IMG/VR virus record: IMGVR_UViG_3300009155_000068
Coordinates: 1-61,479 of that record
Direction: 5' to 3' (one strand)
Length of the DNA: 61,479 bases
Origin: a virus
Taxonomy: Duplodnaviria; Caudoviricetes
Below the pieces are notes generated by a model, which worked only from the letters and a program-made list of their open reading frames with translations, was not told where the DNA came from and made no database searches. Numbering within the stretch: the stretch's first letter is position 1; each line of letters starts with the position of its first letter. This document shows, piece by piece, positions 38,296 to 47,763 of the stretch. Both the position numbers and the translations under genes were made by a program.

Positions 38296-41200
38296 ATGGC
38301 CAAGCACGTAATTTTAGAAGCATATACATTTACACCAAGCACTCGCACAGTGGCGATCACGGGTAAAAACATCAGAAGAGAACAACTGCTGCTAATCACC
38401 AACACCACTACTAACACAGTAGTTTACAATTTTTCTGACCCAGATCTAAAAGCAACAAGTTATACCAATGCTATTAGTGCAACAACTGGACAGGAAACAA
38501 CCACAGTTGTCCTAAACTATAATACAACATCAATGTCGGCTACTGACAAGTTGAGTATCATGGTTGAAGAAACCTACACTGAAATAGTGCCCTCAGAAAC
38601 CATGCGGGATCCAGTGGATAAACTGCGTGTGTCAACTCCGCAGAGTTTAATTGACACTGACTTTGAATATGGCACACAGCCCACTAAGTGGGAAAGTCTA
38701 CAGATGTTGAACAATCGCCCCAGCGCATTTTTTGATTCAACACAGTATAACTTGATCAGTGCAATGACCAGCTCAACAACCACAGTGACTGTGACCATGC
38801 AGGCATTCAATGCCTCTACAGGTATTGTCTCTGCTGCCGCTATTTCAACTATCACTGGTATTGGTAGTACAGTGGGTCTTTACCCTGGTATGACCATAAT
38901 CAAACAAAGCGGTACTGGTGCATTTGGTAGTGGTACTACAACTATTCTATCAGTTGACAGCGCAACGCAGATCACTGCACAAAGTGGCAGTGCAATGAGC
39001 ACTGGTACGCTAGTGTTTACTCTGGCCATGCCCTCTGTGGGACAACCAATATTTGTACAAGGTACATTGGATGCTGGCTATGCAGACGGTTGGTGGTTGT
39101 GTAGTGCCAGCACTACTGGTACTGGTGTGTTTACCTATACAACCATTGCTTCACCAACTATGGTAGGCGGTACACTGTTTGACGCTCAAAAGACCTATGT
39201 GTACTTTGGTACATTCTACACTGGTGCTGCAATTCCAGCAGGCACAACAGCCATAGTCACAGATGCTACTAGAGCCACAGTGACTACAACCAATGCTCAT
39301 GGCCTACGCATTGGAGACAGTATTTTTGTTGTTGGCTCAAGTACCAATACTGCCCTAAATTCAACATGGGTCGTTGAACGTACACTGACCAGCAATACAT
39401 TTACATTCCTAACATCAGCAGCGGCCACAACACATACTACACCATTAAACGCTTGTATCTATCCACGAGCACAGGGGTATGTGGTACACAGACCATTTGA
39501 CGGTGGTGTACAGTTTAGTGATGTAGCACCATATCATGGCTATCAAGTTATTCGTCAAACACGTAGACAGTTCCGCTATCAAAGCGGTAAAGCCATGCAG
39601 TTCTCCACTGGTTCTATCCTGAAACCATCGTTAGCAGTTGATAATGTTACAAGTTCAGGAGCAACTGTCACAGTGACTTGTAAGTACCCACATGGTCTAT
39701 TAGCAGGCGGATATATTAAAGTCAGCGGCAGTGCTGACACTGCCTACAACGGTATTTTTGCTGTGGCCACAGTGACCAGTACACTGGTATTCACTTATAC
39801 CAGTACATCATTGTACACTGCTTCAGGTAATACTACCACTCTAACATTGACCACTGGTACAACTCCTAGCACTACACCTGCTCCAGGATTTCCAATAACA
39901 ATAAGCCCCTATGCTTGGTACGGAAGTCAGAACAGAGTGGGCTTATTTGACCAACAAAACGGTTTCTTCTTTGAATTTGATGGACAAAATATCTATTGTG
40001 TTAAAAGATCAAGTACTCAACAGATCAGCGGTACTATCGCAGTCACTAGCGGCAGTGCTTCAGTAACTGGTACCAGCACTAAATTCAGTCAAGAACTTAA
40101 ACCAGGCGACTACATTGTTATTCGTGGTATGAGCTACCTTGTGCAGGCCATTACTGCTGACTCAGGTGCAGGCGCACTCATTATCTATCCTGAGTATAGA
40201 GGCCTTGCCAATATTACCAGCGTGACTGTGAGTAAGACCATTGAAACTAGAACTGTACAAAGTTCATGGAACATTGACAAGATGGACGGCACAGGTGCAA
40301 GCCAATATAACCTAGATCTTACACGTATGCAGATGTACTACATTGACTATACTTGGTATGGTGCAGGTGCAATCAGATTTGGATTTAAAAATGCCCGCGG
40401 CGAAGTAGTCTACTGCCATAGAATACCAAATAACAACTTGAACACTGAAGCATATATGCGTAGTGGTAACTTGGTAGCACGTTATGAAACTAATAGTCTT
40501 GCACCTATTACATATTTGACCAGTACATTAACCAGCGGTGTCACAGCCAGTATGGCAGTGGCAGATACCAGTGCGTTCCCAAGTGCAGGTACACTGGTAT
40601 TAAGTCAAGCTGCCAATACAGGAGCAGTCATTGAATACGTTACCTATACTGGTAAAACTGCAACAACATTTACCACTTTAACACGTAACTATCAAGGTGT
40701 TACTATTCCAGGCGCTGGCTCAGCAGCAGGTGGCAGTGCTACAGCCACTACATTCACAGTCTCAGGTGTGACCACAGCCAGTGCAGGCGGAACTGCGCCA
40801 ATTAAAGTTGAGCTATATGGACCAAGTCAGGCCAGTACTATTGGCCACTGGGGCTCGGCAGTTATCATGGACGGACGTTACGACGATGATAAATCGCTGG
40901 TGTTCGTTGGCGGTATGAACAGAAGCCAGTTGATCACCAACGTGGCTCAAGATGCCACTGTTCCTTTGGTCAGTATTCGTATTAGTCCAAGCATTGACAA
41001 CGGTCTAACTGGTGTACTGGGATCTAGAGAAATTATTAATCGTATGCAGTTGGTCATGCGATCACTGTCAACTATTACCACAGGTACAAATATGACATTC
41101 TTGATCTCATTGAGATTGAATGGTCGTGTAAGTTCGGGCGTGTTTAGCTCAGTAGGTGGCTCAAGTCTAGCGCAACTGGCCATTCATTCTAGCGGATCAA

Positions 41201-41448
41201 CTATTACTGGTGGCGAAAACGTGTTTGGTTTCTATACTGCCACTGGTGTTAATACAGAAGACTTGAACCAAGTTCGTGATCTAGGTAATAGTATTCTAGG
41301 CGGCGGCACAACCCTTACATGTCCAACCACTGCCAATAACGTATATCCAGACGGTCCTGACATTATTACCATCTGTGCTACCAACGTGACCACAGTGACT
41401 ACAAACTCAATTCTAGCACGTATTAGCTGGACAGAAGCACAGGCCTAA
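38296..41448 (+). CDS. Large virion structural/fibre protein
   Basis: AGGAG SD; DKLRVSTPQSLIDTDFEYG.QPTKWE, AHGL..GD repeats, RQTRRQFRYQSGK, YIDY.WYGAG. Confidence 0.75.
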   Translation: MAKHVILEAYTFTPSTRTVAITGKNIRREQLLLITNTTTNTVVYNFSDPDLKATSYTNAISATTGQETTTVVLNYNTTSMSATDKLSIMVEETYTEIVPSETMRDPVDKLRVSTPQSLIDTDFEYGTQPTKWESLQMLNNRPSAFFDSTQYNLISAMTSSTTTVTVTMQAFNASTGIVSAAAISTITGIGSTVGLYPGMTIIKQSGTGAFGSGTTTILSVDSATQITAQSGSAMSTGTLVFTLAMPSVGQPIFVQGTLDAGYADGWWLCSASTTGTGVFTYTTIASPTMVGGTLFDAQKTYVYFGTFYTGAAIPAGTTAIVTDATRATVTTTNAHGLRIGDSIFVVGSSTNTALNSTWVVERTLTSNTFTFLTSAAATTHTTPLNACIYPRAQGYVVHRPFDGGVQFSDVAPYHGYQVIRQTRRQFRYQSGKAMQFSTGSILKPSLAVDNVTSSGATVTVTCKYPHGLLAGGYIKVSGSADTAYNGIFAVATVTSTLVFTYTSTSLYTASGNTTTLTLTTGTTPSTTPAPGFPITISPYAWYGSQNRVGLFDQQNGFFFEFDGQNIYCVKRSSTQQISGTIAVTSGSASVTGTSTKFSQELKPGDYIVIRGMSYLVQAITADSGAGALIIYPEYRGLANITSVTVSKTIETRTVQSSWNIDKMDGTGASQYNLDLTRMQMYYIDYTWYGAGAIRFGFKNARGEVVYCHRIPNNNLNTEAYMRSGNLVARYETNSLAPITYLTSTLTSGVTASMAVADTSAFPSAGTLVLSQAANTGAVIEYVTYTGKTATTFTTLTRNYQGVTIPGAGSAAGGSATATTFTVSGVTTASAGGTAPIKVELYGPSQASTIGHWGSAVIMDGRYDDDKSLVFVGGMNRSQLITNVAQDATVPLVSIRISPSIDNGLTGVLGSREIINRMQLVMRSLSTITTGTNMTFLISLRLNGRVSSGVFSSVGGSSLAQLAIHSSGSTITGGENVFGFYTATGVNTEDLNQVRDLGNSILGGGTTLTCPTTANNVYPDGPDIITICATNVTTVTTNSILARISWTEAQA

Positions 41449-41461
41449 CGGGAGAAGCAAC

Positions 41462-41845
41462 GTGGCAACTAGAGACTATGGCCTGCATCAAGTTACTTCA
41501 ACTGCTCCCCTTGGGGGCAAGGTTGGTGACGAATACTACAATCCCACAACTAACAAGCTCTACAAGTATGTGGCACTAAACGGCACCAGTCCTGCTTATG
41601 CAGAAACACTGACTGCAGACGCTAATGGCAATGTGGGATTCAGCAAGACTGCTAGTTATAAACTTGATGTAGCTGGTGTTGTAAATGCCACTGCGGTAAG
41701 AGCAGGAGTATTTCTCAGCGGACAATACATTGACACAAATCTTGTCATCGGCGGCGGCACCAACGGACTCAGTGTTGGCCCATTAAACTTATCACCGGGT
41801 GCTAGTCTTACAGTATCTCCGGGACAACGACATGTTATACTATGA
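41462..41845 (+). CDS. Small fibre-associated protein
   Basis: GTG start with GGAG SD; NGNVG...KLDVAG and NGLSVGP...ASLTV motifs typical of fibre modules. Confidence 0.65.
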   Translation: MATRDYGLHQVTSTAPLGGKVGDEYYNPTTNKLYKYVALNGTSPAYAETLTADANGNVGFSKTASYKLDVAGVVNATAVRAGVFLSGQYIDTNLVIGGGTNGLSVGPLNLSPGASLTVSPGQRHVIL

Positions 41846-43089
41846 CTACGATAATTACAGGCACAACACTAACCAGCGGCTACCAACTAACAGCTGACTC
41901 AACTGGTACACTGACCATACAGACTGGTAGTGGACCTACCACTGCCATGTATATCAATAGTAGTCAGAACGTGGGCATTGGATCAGATAATAGTGCAGCA
42001 GGCCCAAATCTTTGGCCTTCAGCGGTCCTACATTCTCGAGCGCAGGCTATCACAGCAGCCGCACCAAATTTAGGATGGCCATATTATATTAGCCCTGAGT
42101 CCGATGCCAATGCAAAACTTGTAGCTATATTTGACACTGGTGGTAATGGAGCAGTTCAAACTGCGGGCTATGGTGCTACTGCTGTGGTAAGAATAGGTAG
42201 TTATTATGACAGTCGTGCATTAATTACGCCAACAGGCTCAGGCGGCAGTGGCCCTAGTGATCAAAGCACTGGTTCTGGTAAAGATCTAATGGTCAAAGGC
42301 GGCCAATCAGATAACACCAATGGGAAACTAGGAGGCAGACTATTTCTTAATGGTGGTTCAGGATATTTTGGTGGTGCGTATGGTGCCACTGGCTATTATG
42401 GTGATGTAATTATTCAAGGCCATGGTACTGGAAATGTAGGTATTAATACCACAGTGATGAATGTCTACGATGCTGTGGCCGTTAATAGGCCCTTAGTTGT
42501 AGCACGATCTGATACTAGTACTAGTAGCATTGGCAGTGCTGCTTCCATAACTATCAGCAATCTTGACACAACAACTAGCAATGTTTCTCAAATAAACTTT
42601 GCTGCAATCACTGGTGCAAACGCCAATCATTTTTCATCGGCGATTATTTCTGCCATACACGGTGCAAGAACCAATGGTCAATATCCAACTGGTCAACTAA
42701 CATTTTCAACATCAACGTCACTTAATTCAGCGCCAAGCGAAAAGTTAAGAATTACCAACGTTGGAACTGTTCAATACAGTAACGCTTATGCTAGTAGTTT
42801 TCATGTTGATACAACTCCAGCGTCAATATCAGTGGCTACATCGGGAACTATTGACATTGGCTCTACTACGATTCCTTTTTCAGGAATGGTTGTGGTTAAT
42901 AGTTACACCACAGGCGGAGTGACCATATACCTTTGCGGCGGTGGCTCAGTTACTGTAGTGTCATCTGTAATTGGCCAAGTGGGAACTATGACTTATGTTT
43001 CCGGCAATAACGGATATCGTTGGACCAACAATACTGCGCTTGCTGTCACAGTTGGCATGTTCATAGTTCGCACTAGAACTAACGCATAA
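41842..43089 (+). CDS. Short tail fibre/receptor-binding protein
   Basis: AMYINSSQNVGIG, GNVGINTT and EKLRIT..G fibre motifs. Confidence 0.75.
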   Translation: MTTIITGTTLTSGYQLTADSTGTLTIQTGSGPTTAMYINSSQNVGIGSDNSAAGPNLWPSAVLHSRAQAITAAAPNLGWPYYISPESDANAKLVAIFDTGGNGAVQTAGYGATAVVRIGSYYDSRALITPTGSGGSGPSDQSTGSGKDLMVKGGQSDNTNGKLGGRLFLNGGSGYFGGAYGATGYYGDVIIQGHGTGNVGINTTVMNVYDAVAVNRPLVVARSDTSTSSIGSAASITISNLDTTTSNVSQINFAAITGANANHFSSAIISAIHGARTNGQYPTGQLTFSTSTSLNSAPSEKLRITNVGTVQYSNAYASSFHVDTTPASISVATSGTIDIGSTTIPFSGMVVVNSYTTGGVTIYLCGGGSVTVVSSVIGQVGTMTYVSGNNGYRWTNNTALAVTVGMFIVRTRTNA

Positions 43090-43097
43090 GGAAGACC

Positions 43098-43403
43098 ATG
43101 ACTAGAGAATTTACACATGAGCCAGTGGGTAACAACATGTATGCAGTTACCACAGAGATAGAAGGCCAAGCTGAAACTTTTTATTGTGTAGTGGCCAATG
43201 ATGCTACTGAGCTGGCTGAATTATTAGAGCTGGCCATTGCGTCTAAATACGGACCTCCTGCAGAATATGTGTTAACCTATGCTCAGCAACGTGCTGCTGC
43301 ATATCCGTCTATTGTTGATCAACTTGATCTATTGTATCACGTTGGATATGAAGGCTGGCGAACCGCTATACAAGCCATCAAAGACACATACCCAAAGGAA
43401 TAA
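43098..43403 (+). CDS. Tail fibre assembly/chaperone-like protein
   Basis: Y.QQR..AYPSI.DQLD.LYH...W...I.AIK..YPK motif; follows a fibre gene. Confidence 0.7.
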   Translation: MTREFTHEPVGNNMYAVTTEIEGQAETFYCVVANDATELAELLELAIASKYGPPAEYVLTYAQQRAAAYPSIVDQLDLLYHVGYEGWRTAIQAIKDTYPKE

Positions 43404-43406
43404 TCT

Positions 43407-44189
43407 ATGGCACTAGTACTAGACGGAACTTTAGGCATCGCGATTACCGGTGACAGCACAATTACACAAAATTTTACAATCCCTCAAAATCTTATTGTCG
43501 GTAGTGGTGGATCTATCTCAACAAACAACGGTTCTGTAGATAAAGTACTCAACATTTATGGAGGAAATAACGTTGTTGTTGGTGGTGTTTCCACTAATGT
43601 AGGGTTTGGTTTGTGCCTTGAGGCTAGTAGAACTGGTAGGGCTAGTACAGCAAGGTTTGCTCAAATTAGTTTGGGAAATGATGCATCAGACAACGGATCT
43701 ATACTTTTTTACACAGCGCCATCAGGGGCAGGTGTATCAGAACGTATGCGTATTGACAGTGCCGGTAGATTCACATTAGCTAGTCAGCCATTCTTTTATG
43801 CTACATTGACTGTTGCACAAACAGGATATAATTCATCAAATACAGGAGATGCTCCTGTAATTTATAATTCAACTACTACAAATACAGGTAGCCATTTTAA
43901 TACATCAACTGGTAAATTTACTGCACCAGTTGCAGGAAATTATATATTTCACGCATCAGCATACGCCTCGGGATCTTCATTTCAGCAAAATTGGCTAGTT
44001 GTAAATGGATCAAGGATGACTGGTACTGACTGGGTACATGCCTCTTCAACTATGTCGCTAGGTTTTTGGTTGATAAAACTTGCGGCAAATGATACTGTGG
44101 GATTTCATGCATACAACGGAGCAGTAACCAGTACAACAATTAATACCAATAGTGAACACACTTATTTTCGCGGATATTTATTAAGTTAA
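43407..44189 (+). CDS. Short fibre with C-terminal C1q/TNF-like domain
   Basis: ERMRIDS.G linker, then NTGSHFNTSTGKFTAPVAGNY.F...F.GYL. Confidence 0.8.
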   Translation: MALVLDGTLGIAITGDSTITQNFTIPQNLIVGSGGSISTNNGSVDKVLNIYGGNNVVVGGVSTNVGFGLCLEASRTGRASTARFAQISLGNDASDNGSILFYTAPSGAGVSERMRIDSAGRFTLASQPFFYATLTVAQTGYNSSNTGDAPVIYNSTTTNTGSHFNTSTGKFTAPVAGNYIFHASAYASGSSFQQNWLVVNGSRMTGTDWVHASSTMSLGFWLIKLAANDTVGFHAYNGAVTSTTINTNSEHTYFRGYLLS

Positions 44190-44197
44190 GGACACTC

Positions 44198-44461
44198 ATG
44201 ACAACATATACAGTGACATTATCACAAGCAGAGGATCTAGCACTTGGCTATGTGGCCTACAGTCAAGACAATTGGATTCAAACTGCCGCACACGAAAGAT
44301 GCAGAGTGGCCATAGAAGAAATTGTAAGAATTTGTGTGGAAAAATGTTTAGAAAATAACATACAAATTCCCGGCAGCAAAGAAGACATGGTCTTACTGGC
44401 TTTTGAACAAGCGTGGGTTATTTCTTCCGCTGATAGAATTGCTGCTTCAACACCTATATAA
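44198..44461 (+). CDS. Small fibre-partner (chaperone-like) protein
   Basis: 87 aa, AGGA SD, directly after the C1q-like fibre. Confidence 0.6.
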   Translation: MTTYTVTLSQAEDLALGYVAYSQDNWIQTAAHERCRVAIEEIVRICVEKCLENNIQIPGSKEDMVLLAFEQAWVISSADRIAASTPI

Positions 44462-44479
44462 TGAACAACTAAATACACT

Positions 44480-45874
44480 ATGGCACAAACAATCAATGCA
44501 GATGATGGTGTAATCTCAGGGTCAACAGGACTCAAGTTCACTGCTGACACCACAAGTACTTTGGCATTGCAAAACAATGGCACTACTAACCTAACAATTG
44601 ACAGCAACGGCTCAGTAACCATACCAAATGCAACTAGTACATCTGTGAGTAGCGGCGCACTATTATTAACTGGCACTGGTGGTGCAATAGTTATAGATAG
44701 TTATGGACACAAGCGTATATCATGGAATGACGGCGGCGGCAATTTTAACATACGTGCAGGGCATTATTACAATGGTGGCTTACTTTATCTAGCTGACGGC
44801 GCAACCAACGGTGGCGCTGCATCTATAACAATGAACAGTGACGGTACCGCCGGTGCTATGACATTTAACGTTGCCGCCATTGGTGTCGGCGGCACTGCTG
44901 TGACATGGTCTAATAATATGACCTATAATGCCACAGGCCTAGCCATAGGTTATGGTCTTAGTCCAAGTTATCCACTACACATATCTATGGCAACAGGTGA
45001 AGTATATGTAAGTTCTTCTACTGGAACAAACTATGTTCGTTATACTGCTAGTAACACTGGCGGATCTTTTCAGTTTGGTATAGACAATTCTGGTGGCACA
45101 AATTACTTTGGCGCAACTGCCTACGGTAGAGCTATATTTTCTGACGGGGCATATCCGGTGGGTATCTTTACCAACGGCTCAGAACGTATGCGTATTGACT
45201 CCTCTGGTAATGTGGGCATTAATGGTACTCCGACGTATAAGTTAGATGTTGGCATTAATAATCAAACACAATCTGCCACGGTTGGTTCCAATGGATTAAT
45301 TCGTAATGCCACAGGCGCAGACAATAGTCCATTCACACAGGCTCGTATTGTTGTTTATGGCGGCACCACTGTTGATGTTACTAACTGGGGATACCTAGCC
45401 TACGGCAGCGATGCTAGTATGAGAATAGTATATGGTAAAACAGGCGCTGGCGGCCCGCTGTTATTTGGAACAACCAGTGCCCTTGACGGCACAGGAGCAT
45501 TTACTGAGCGTATGCGTATCTCCATGGCTGGTGTTGTCACGTTAACTAATTTAATTTACCACACGGCCAGCACCGCAGTCACCGCAGCAGGAACCACACA
45601 AGGCACTGCCACAGCCCTAACCGCTGAAATTAATAACGTTACCACAGTTGGTGCCTCATCAGGTGTTAGACTGCCCACGCCTGCAGCCGCTGGCCTAAGA
45701 ATTATGGTGCGTAACGGATCTGCTGCCACGGCCCTAAACGTGTATCCTCATAGTAGTGGCAACATTGCTGGCGTCGGTGTCGATGCTGCAATTTCTGTGG
45801 ACTTTGGTGTAACGTTAGAATTTATTGCCTTTGACACAACCAACTGGTACATACCCAGCGCGGTACTTGGTTAA
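44480..45874 (+). CDS. Tail fibre/receptor-binding protein
   Basis: TNGSERMRIDSSGNVGI..TP.YKLDV motifs; own TAAATA at 44470. Confidence 0.78.
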   Translation: MAQTINADDGVISGSTGLKFTADTTSTLALQNNGTTNLTIDSNGSVTIPNATSTSVSSGALLLTGTGGAIVIDSYGHKRISWNDGGGNFNIRAGHYYNGGLLYLADGATNGGAASITMNSDGTAGAMTFNVAAIGVGGTAVTWSNNMTYNATGLAIGYGLSPSYPLHISMATGEVYVSSSTGTNYVRYTASNTGGSFQFGIDNSGGTNYFGATAYGRAIFSDGAYPVGIFTNGSERMRIDSSGNVGINGTPTYKLDVGINNQTQSATVGSNGLIRNATGADNSPFTQARIVVYGGTTVDVTNWGYLAYGSDASMRIVYGKTGAGGPLLFGTTSALDGTGAFTERMRISMAGVVTLTNLIYHTASTAVTAAGTTQGTATALTAEINNVTTVGASSGVRLPTPAAAGLRIMVRNGSAATALNVYPHSSGNIAGVGVDAAISVDFGVTLEFIAFDTTNWYIPSAVLG

Positions 45875-46324
45875 TTATATTAGATCAATTAAGTCAAATA
45901 TTGTCTGTAGTTTTGTTCTAATCGTACGATTGGTAAAACTATTACGCAGCCCTTGATGGAGAGGTTTTGGTGCATAGTCAATGGTTGTCCACGACCAACC
46001 AATGTGTTCGTCACTGAGTGTAGGTACAAACTCAGATTCTATTACACATAGATAAGTGTGAAAATTAAACACAAGATCATTGCTGACAAATGTTTCAAGA
46101 GGTATTGTTTTTAATACCTTGGGACTGAATCCAATTTCTTCAACAATTTCTCGTTGTAGACCTTGCCATGGATTTTCATCTTCATGTGTAGTGCCGCCTA
46201 CTAAGCCCCAAGTGCCTTGATGCTTGCCCTTGGCCTTTTGTACCAGTAGAAATCTACCAGTTGACTTGGCATAGAACAATGCGCCTGAACAGATAATTTT
46301 ATCACTTATAGTTCTAGAATCCAC
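45875..46324 (-). CDS. NUDIX hydrolase
   Basis: WGLVGGTTHEDENPWQGLQREIVEEIG matches the Nudix box GX5EX7REUXEEXG. Confidence 0.9.
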   Translation of the reverse strand: MDSRTISDKIICSGALFYAKSTGRFLLVQKAKGKHQGTWGLVGGTTHEDENPWQGLQREIVEEIGFSPKVLKTIPLETFVSNDLVFNFHTYLCVIESEFVPTLSDEHIGWSWTTIDYAPKPLHQGLRNSFTNRTIRTKLQTIFDLIDLI

Positions 46325-47763
46325 ATACCCTCTCTATACTCGCCCTCAAAACTCTTGGTCCAAGAGTAACCATCCCACTTGTATTGTATACCAGTGTATA
46401 TATTAGTTTGATAGATAGGCTCCGCTGTTTCTGAATTTTCTCCAGCGGCAAATATGATATGCCATGCTCCTGAACTCCACTCAATAATGTCATTTTCTTC
46501 TGCAACAAAGTCACTGTCGTCATCATTCTTCCAAGCATCTGCGCCATCTATATTATCCACCGAACCAATACGTTCTATGATTAGATAACGTTGACCTTCA
46601 ACTGGAGCAGGCAATCCAGCACCTGGTCCTTTAGTCTGTGGATTAATAATAGCATCAAATGTGCCATGGCTAACGGACCTAACGCTGGTATAAGCGTCGT
46701 TGACATCAATCATGGTGTTAGTTGGATATGTGTCACTGTCCCAAATAATTGATACTAGTGTCTCATCTAGAGCGTTGACAGCAAACGTGCCAAACACTTC
46801 ATGATCGTTCTCCTGTATCAATCTAATGCTGCTATAGCCAGCAATATACTTTCCAGGATATTGATCTAACAAGGTTCTCCAGTTAATACCCGGGCCAATT
46901 TTATTGGGTATACCGTAGGGATCATCAATGACCACAGGTTCATGTGCTGCCAATAATCTAGCGGCACCGGCATAGACCATTATACCATACCCTGATACGG
47001 TGGTTCTAACTCTGGCCAAGACAGCACCACCAGGTGGACCGTAGTCATTGAGTGCAGGATCTATGCCCAGGCCTTCAATGTAAGTTTCTGAATCATTGAT
47101 ACCACCGTCTAATACACTGGTAATAATTTTAGTGATAATACCCAGTTGACGTACTTTAACTGGAGGACTTAGCCATATGGGTGTAGTGATATTGATAGAA
47201 GCAATGTCAATGGGGCTGTCTACGCCCACTGGAATTTGTCTTGATGAGAATACGATGTCATCTAAATTTAACACACTTAGGCTGGTCCAATCAATGTAGT
47301 TGTCAGTGGTCAGAATTTCAACACTGGGATTAAACAAGACCAGTATCTGCTCCATGATCTGTAATTTCTGATCAGTACTAGTACTCCATACTTCAACTTT
47401 AAGAGACAGTTTGTAGGGAGTAGGCATGATGCGTTCAACTGTATAGTTTGCACCTTGCTCGCCTGTGTAGACATCATCAACTATGTCACGCTCTCTAATG
47501 TGCAGTTTACCAACGTAGGTACTGTCACCTAGTCGATCTCGTTCTAGAGCCAATCCGCTGATACTGACAGCAATACGTGGCGCACTATTAATTTTATTTT
47601 CTGAATTTTGTTTGACTATGTTGGCCACTTGGCGATCACTGTCACCGTACATCACGGGCACACGATGCAGTGTACCATCACCGTACTTGACATAAAAATT
47701 ACTAAAGAATCTTGTGACCTGTAGAATATATCGACGGATTTGCCCATCGTAGAAAAATTGCAT
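46306..47763 (-). CDS. gp15: Tail sheath stabiliser/tail completion protein with C-terminal extension
   Basis: FFYD.QIRRY, VPVMYG, P.PY.L, QIMEQIL.LFNP motifs of gp15-like proteins. Confidence 0.75.
   Translation of the reverse strand: MQFFYDGQIRRYILQVTRFFSNFYVKYGDGTLHRVPVMYGDSDRQVANIVKQNSENKINSAPRIAVSISGLALERDRLGDSTYVGKLHIRERDIVDDVYTGEQGANYTVERIMPTPYKLSLKVEVWSTSTDQKLQIMEQILVLFNPSVEILTTDNYIDWTSLSVLNLDDIVFSSRQIPVGVDSPIDIASINITTPIWLSPPVKVRQLGIITKIITSVLDGGINDSETYIEGLGIDPALNDYGPPGGAVLARVRTTVSGYGIMVYAGAARLLAAHEPVVIDDPYGIPNKIGPGINWRTLLDQYPGKYIAGYSSIRLIQENDHEVFGTFAVNALDETLVSIIWDSDTYPTNTMIDVNDAYTSVRSVSHGTFDAIINPQTKGPGAGLPAPVEGQRYLIIERIGSVDNIDGADAWKNDDDSDFVAEENDIIEWSSGAWHIIFAAGENSETAEPIYQTNIYTGIQYKWDGYSWTKSFEGEYREGMWILEL

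Noticed and set aside
12727-44676. Numerous minus-strand ORFs (Val/Ala/Pro-rich) opposite the fibre genes
   Set aside because: They are shadow frames of Thr/Gly/Ser-rich coding strands, with no promoters or SDs.
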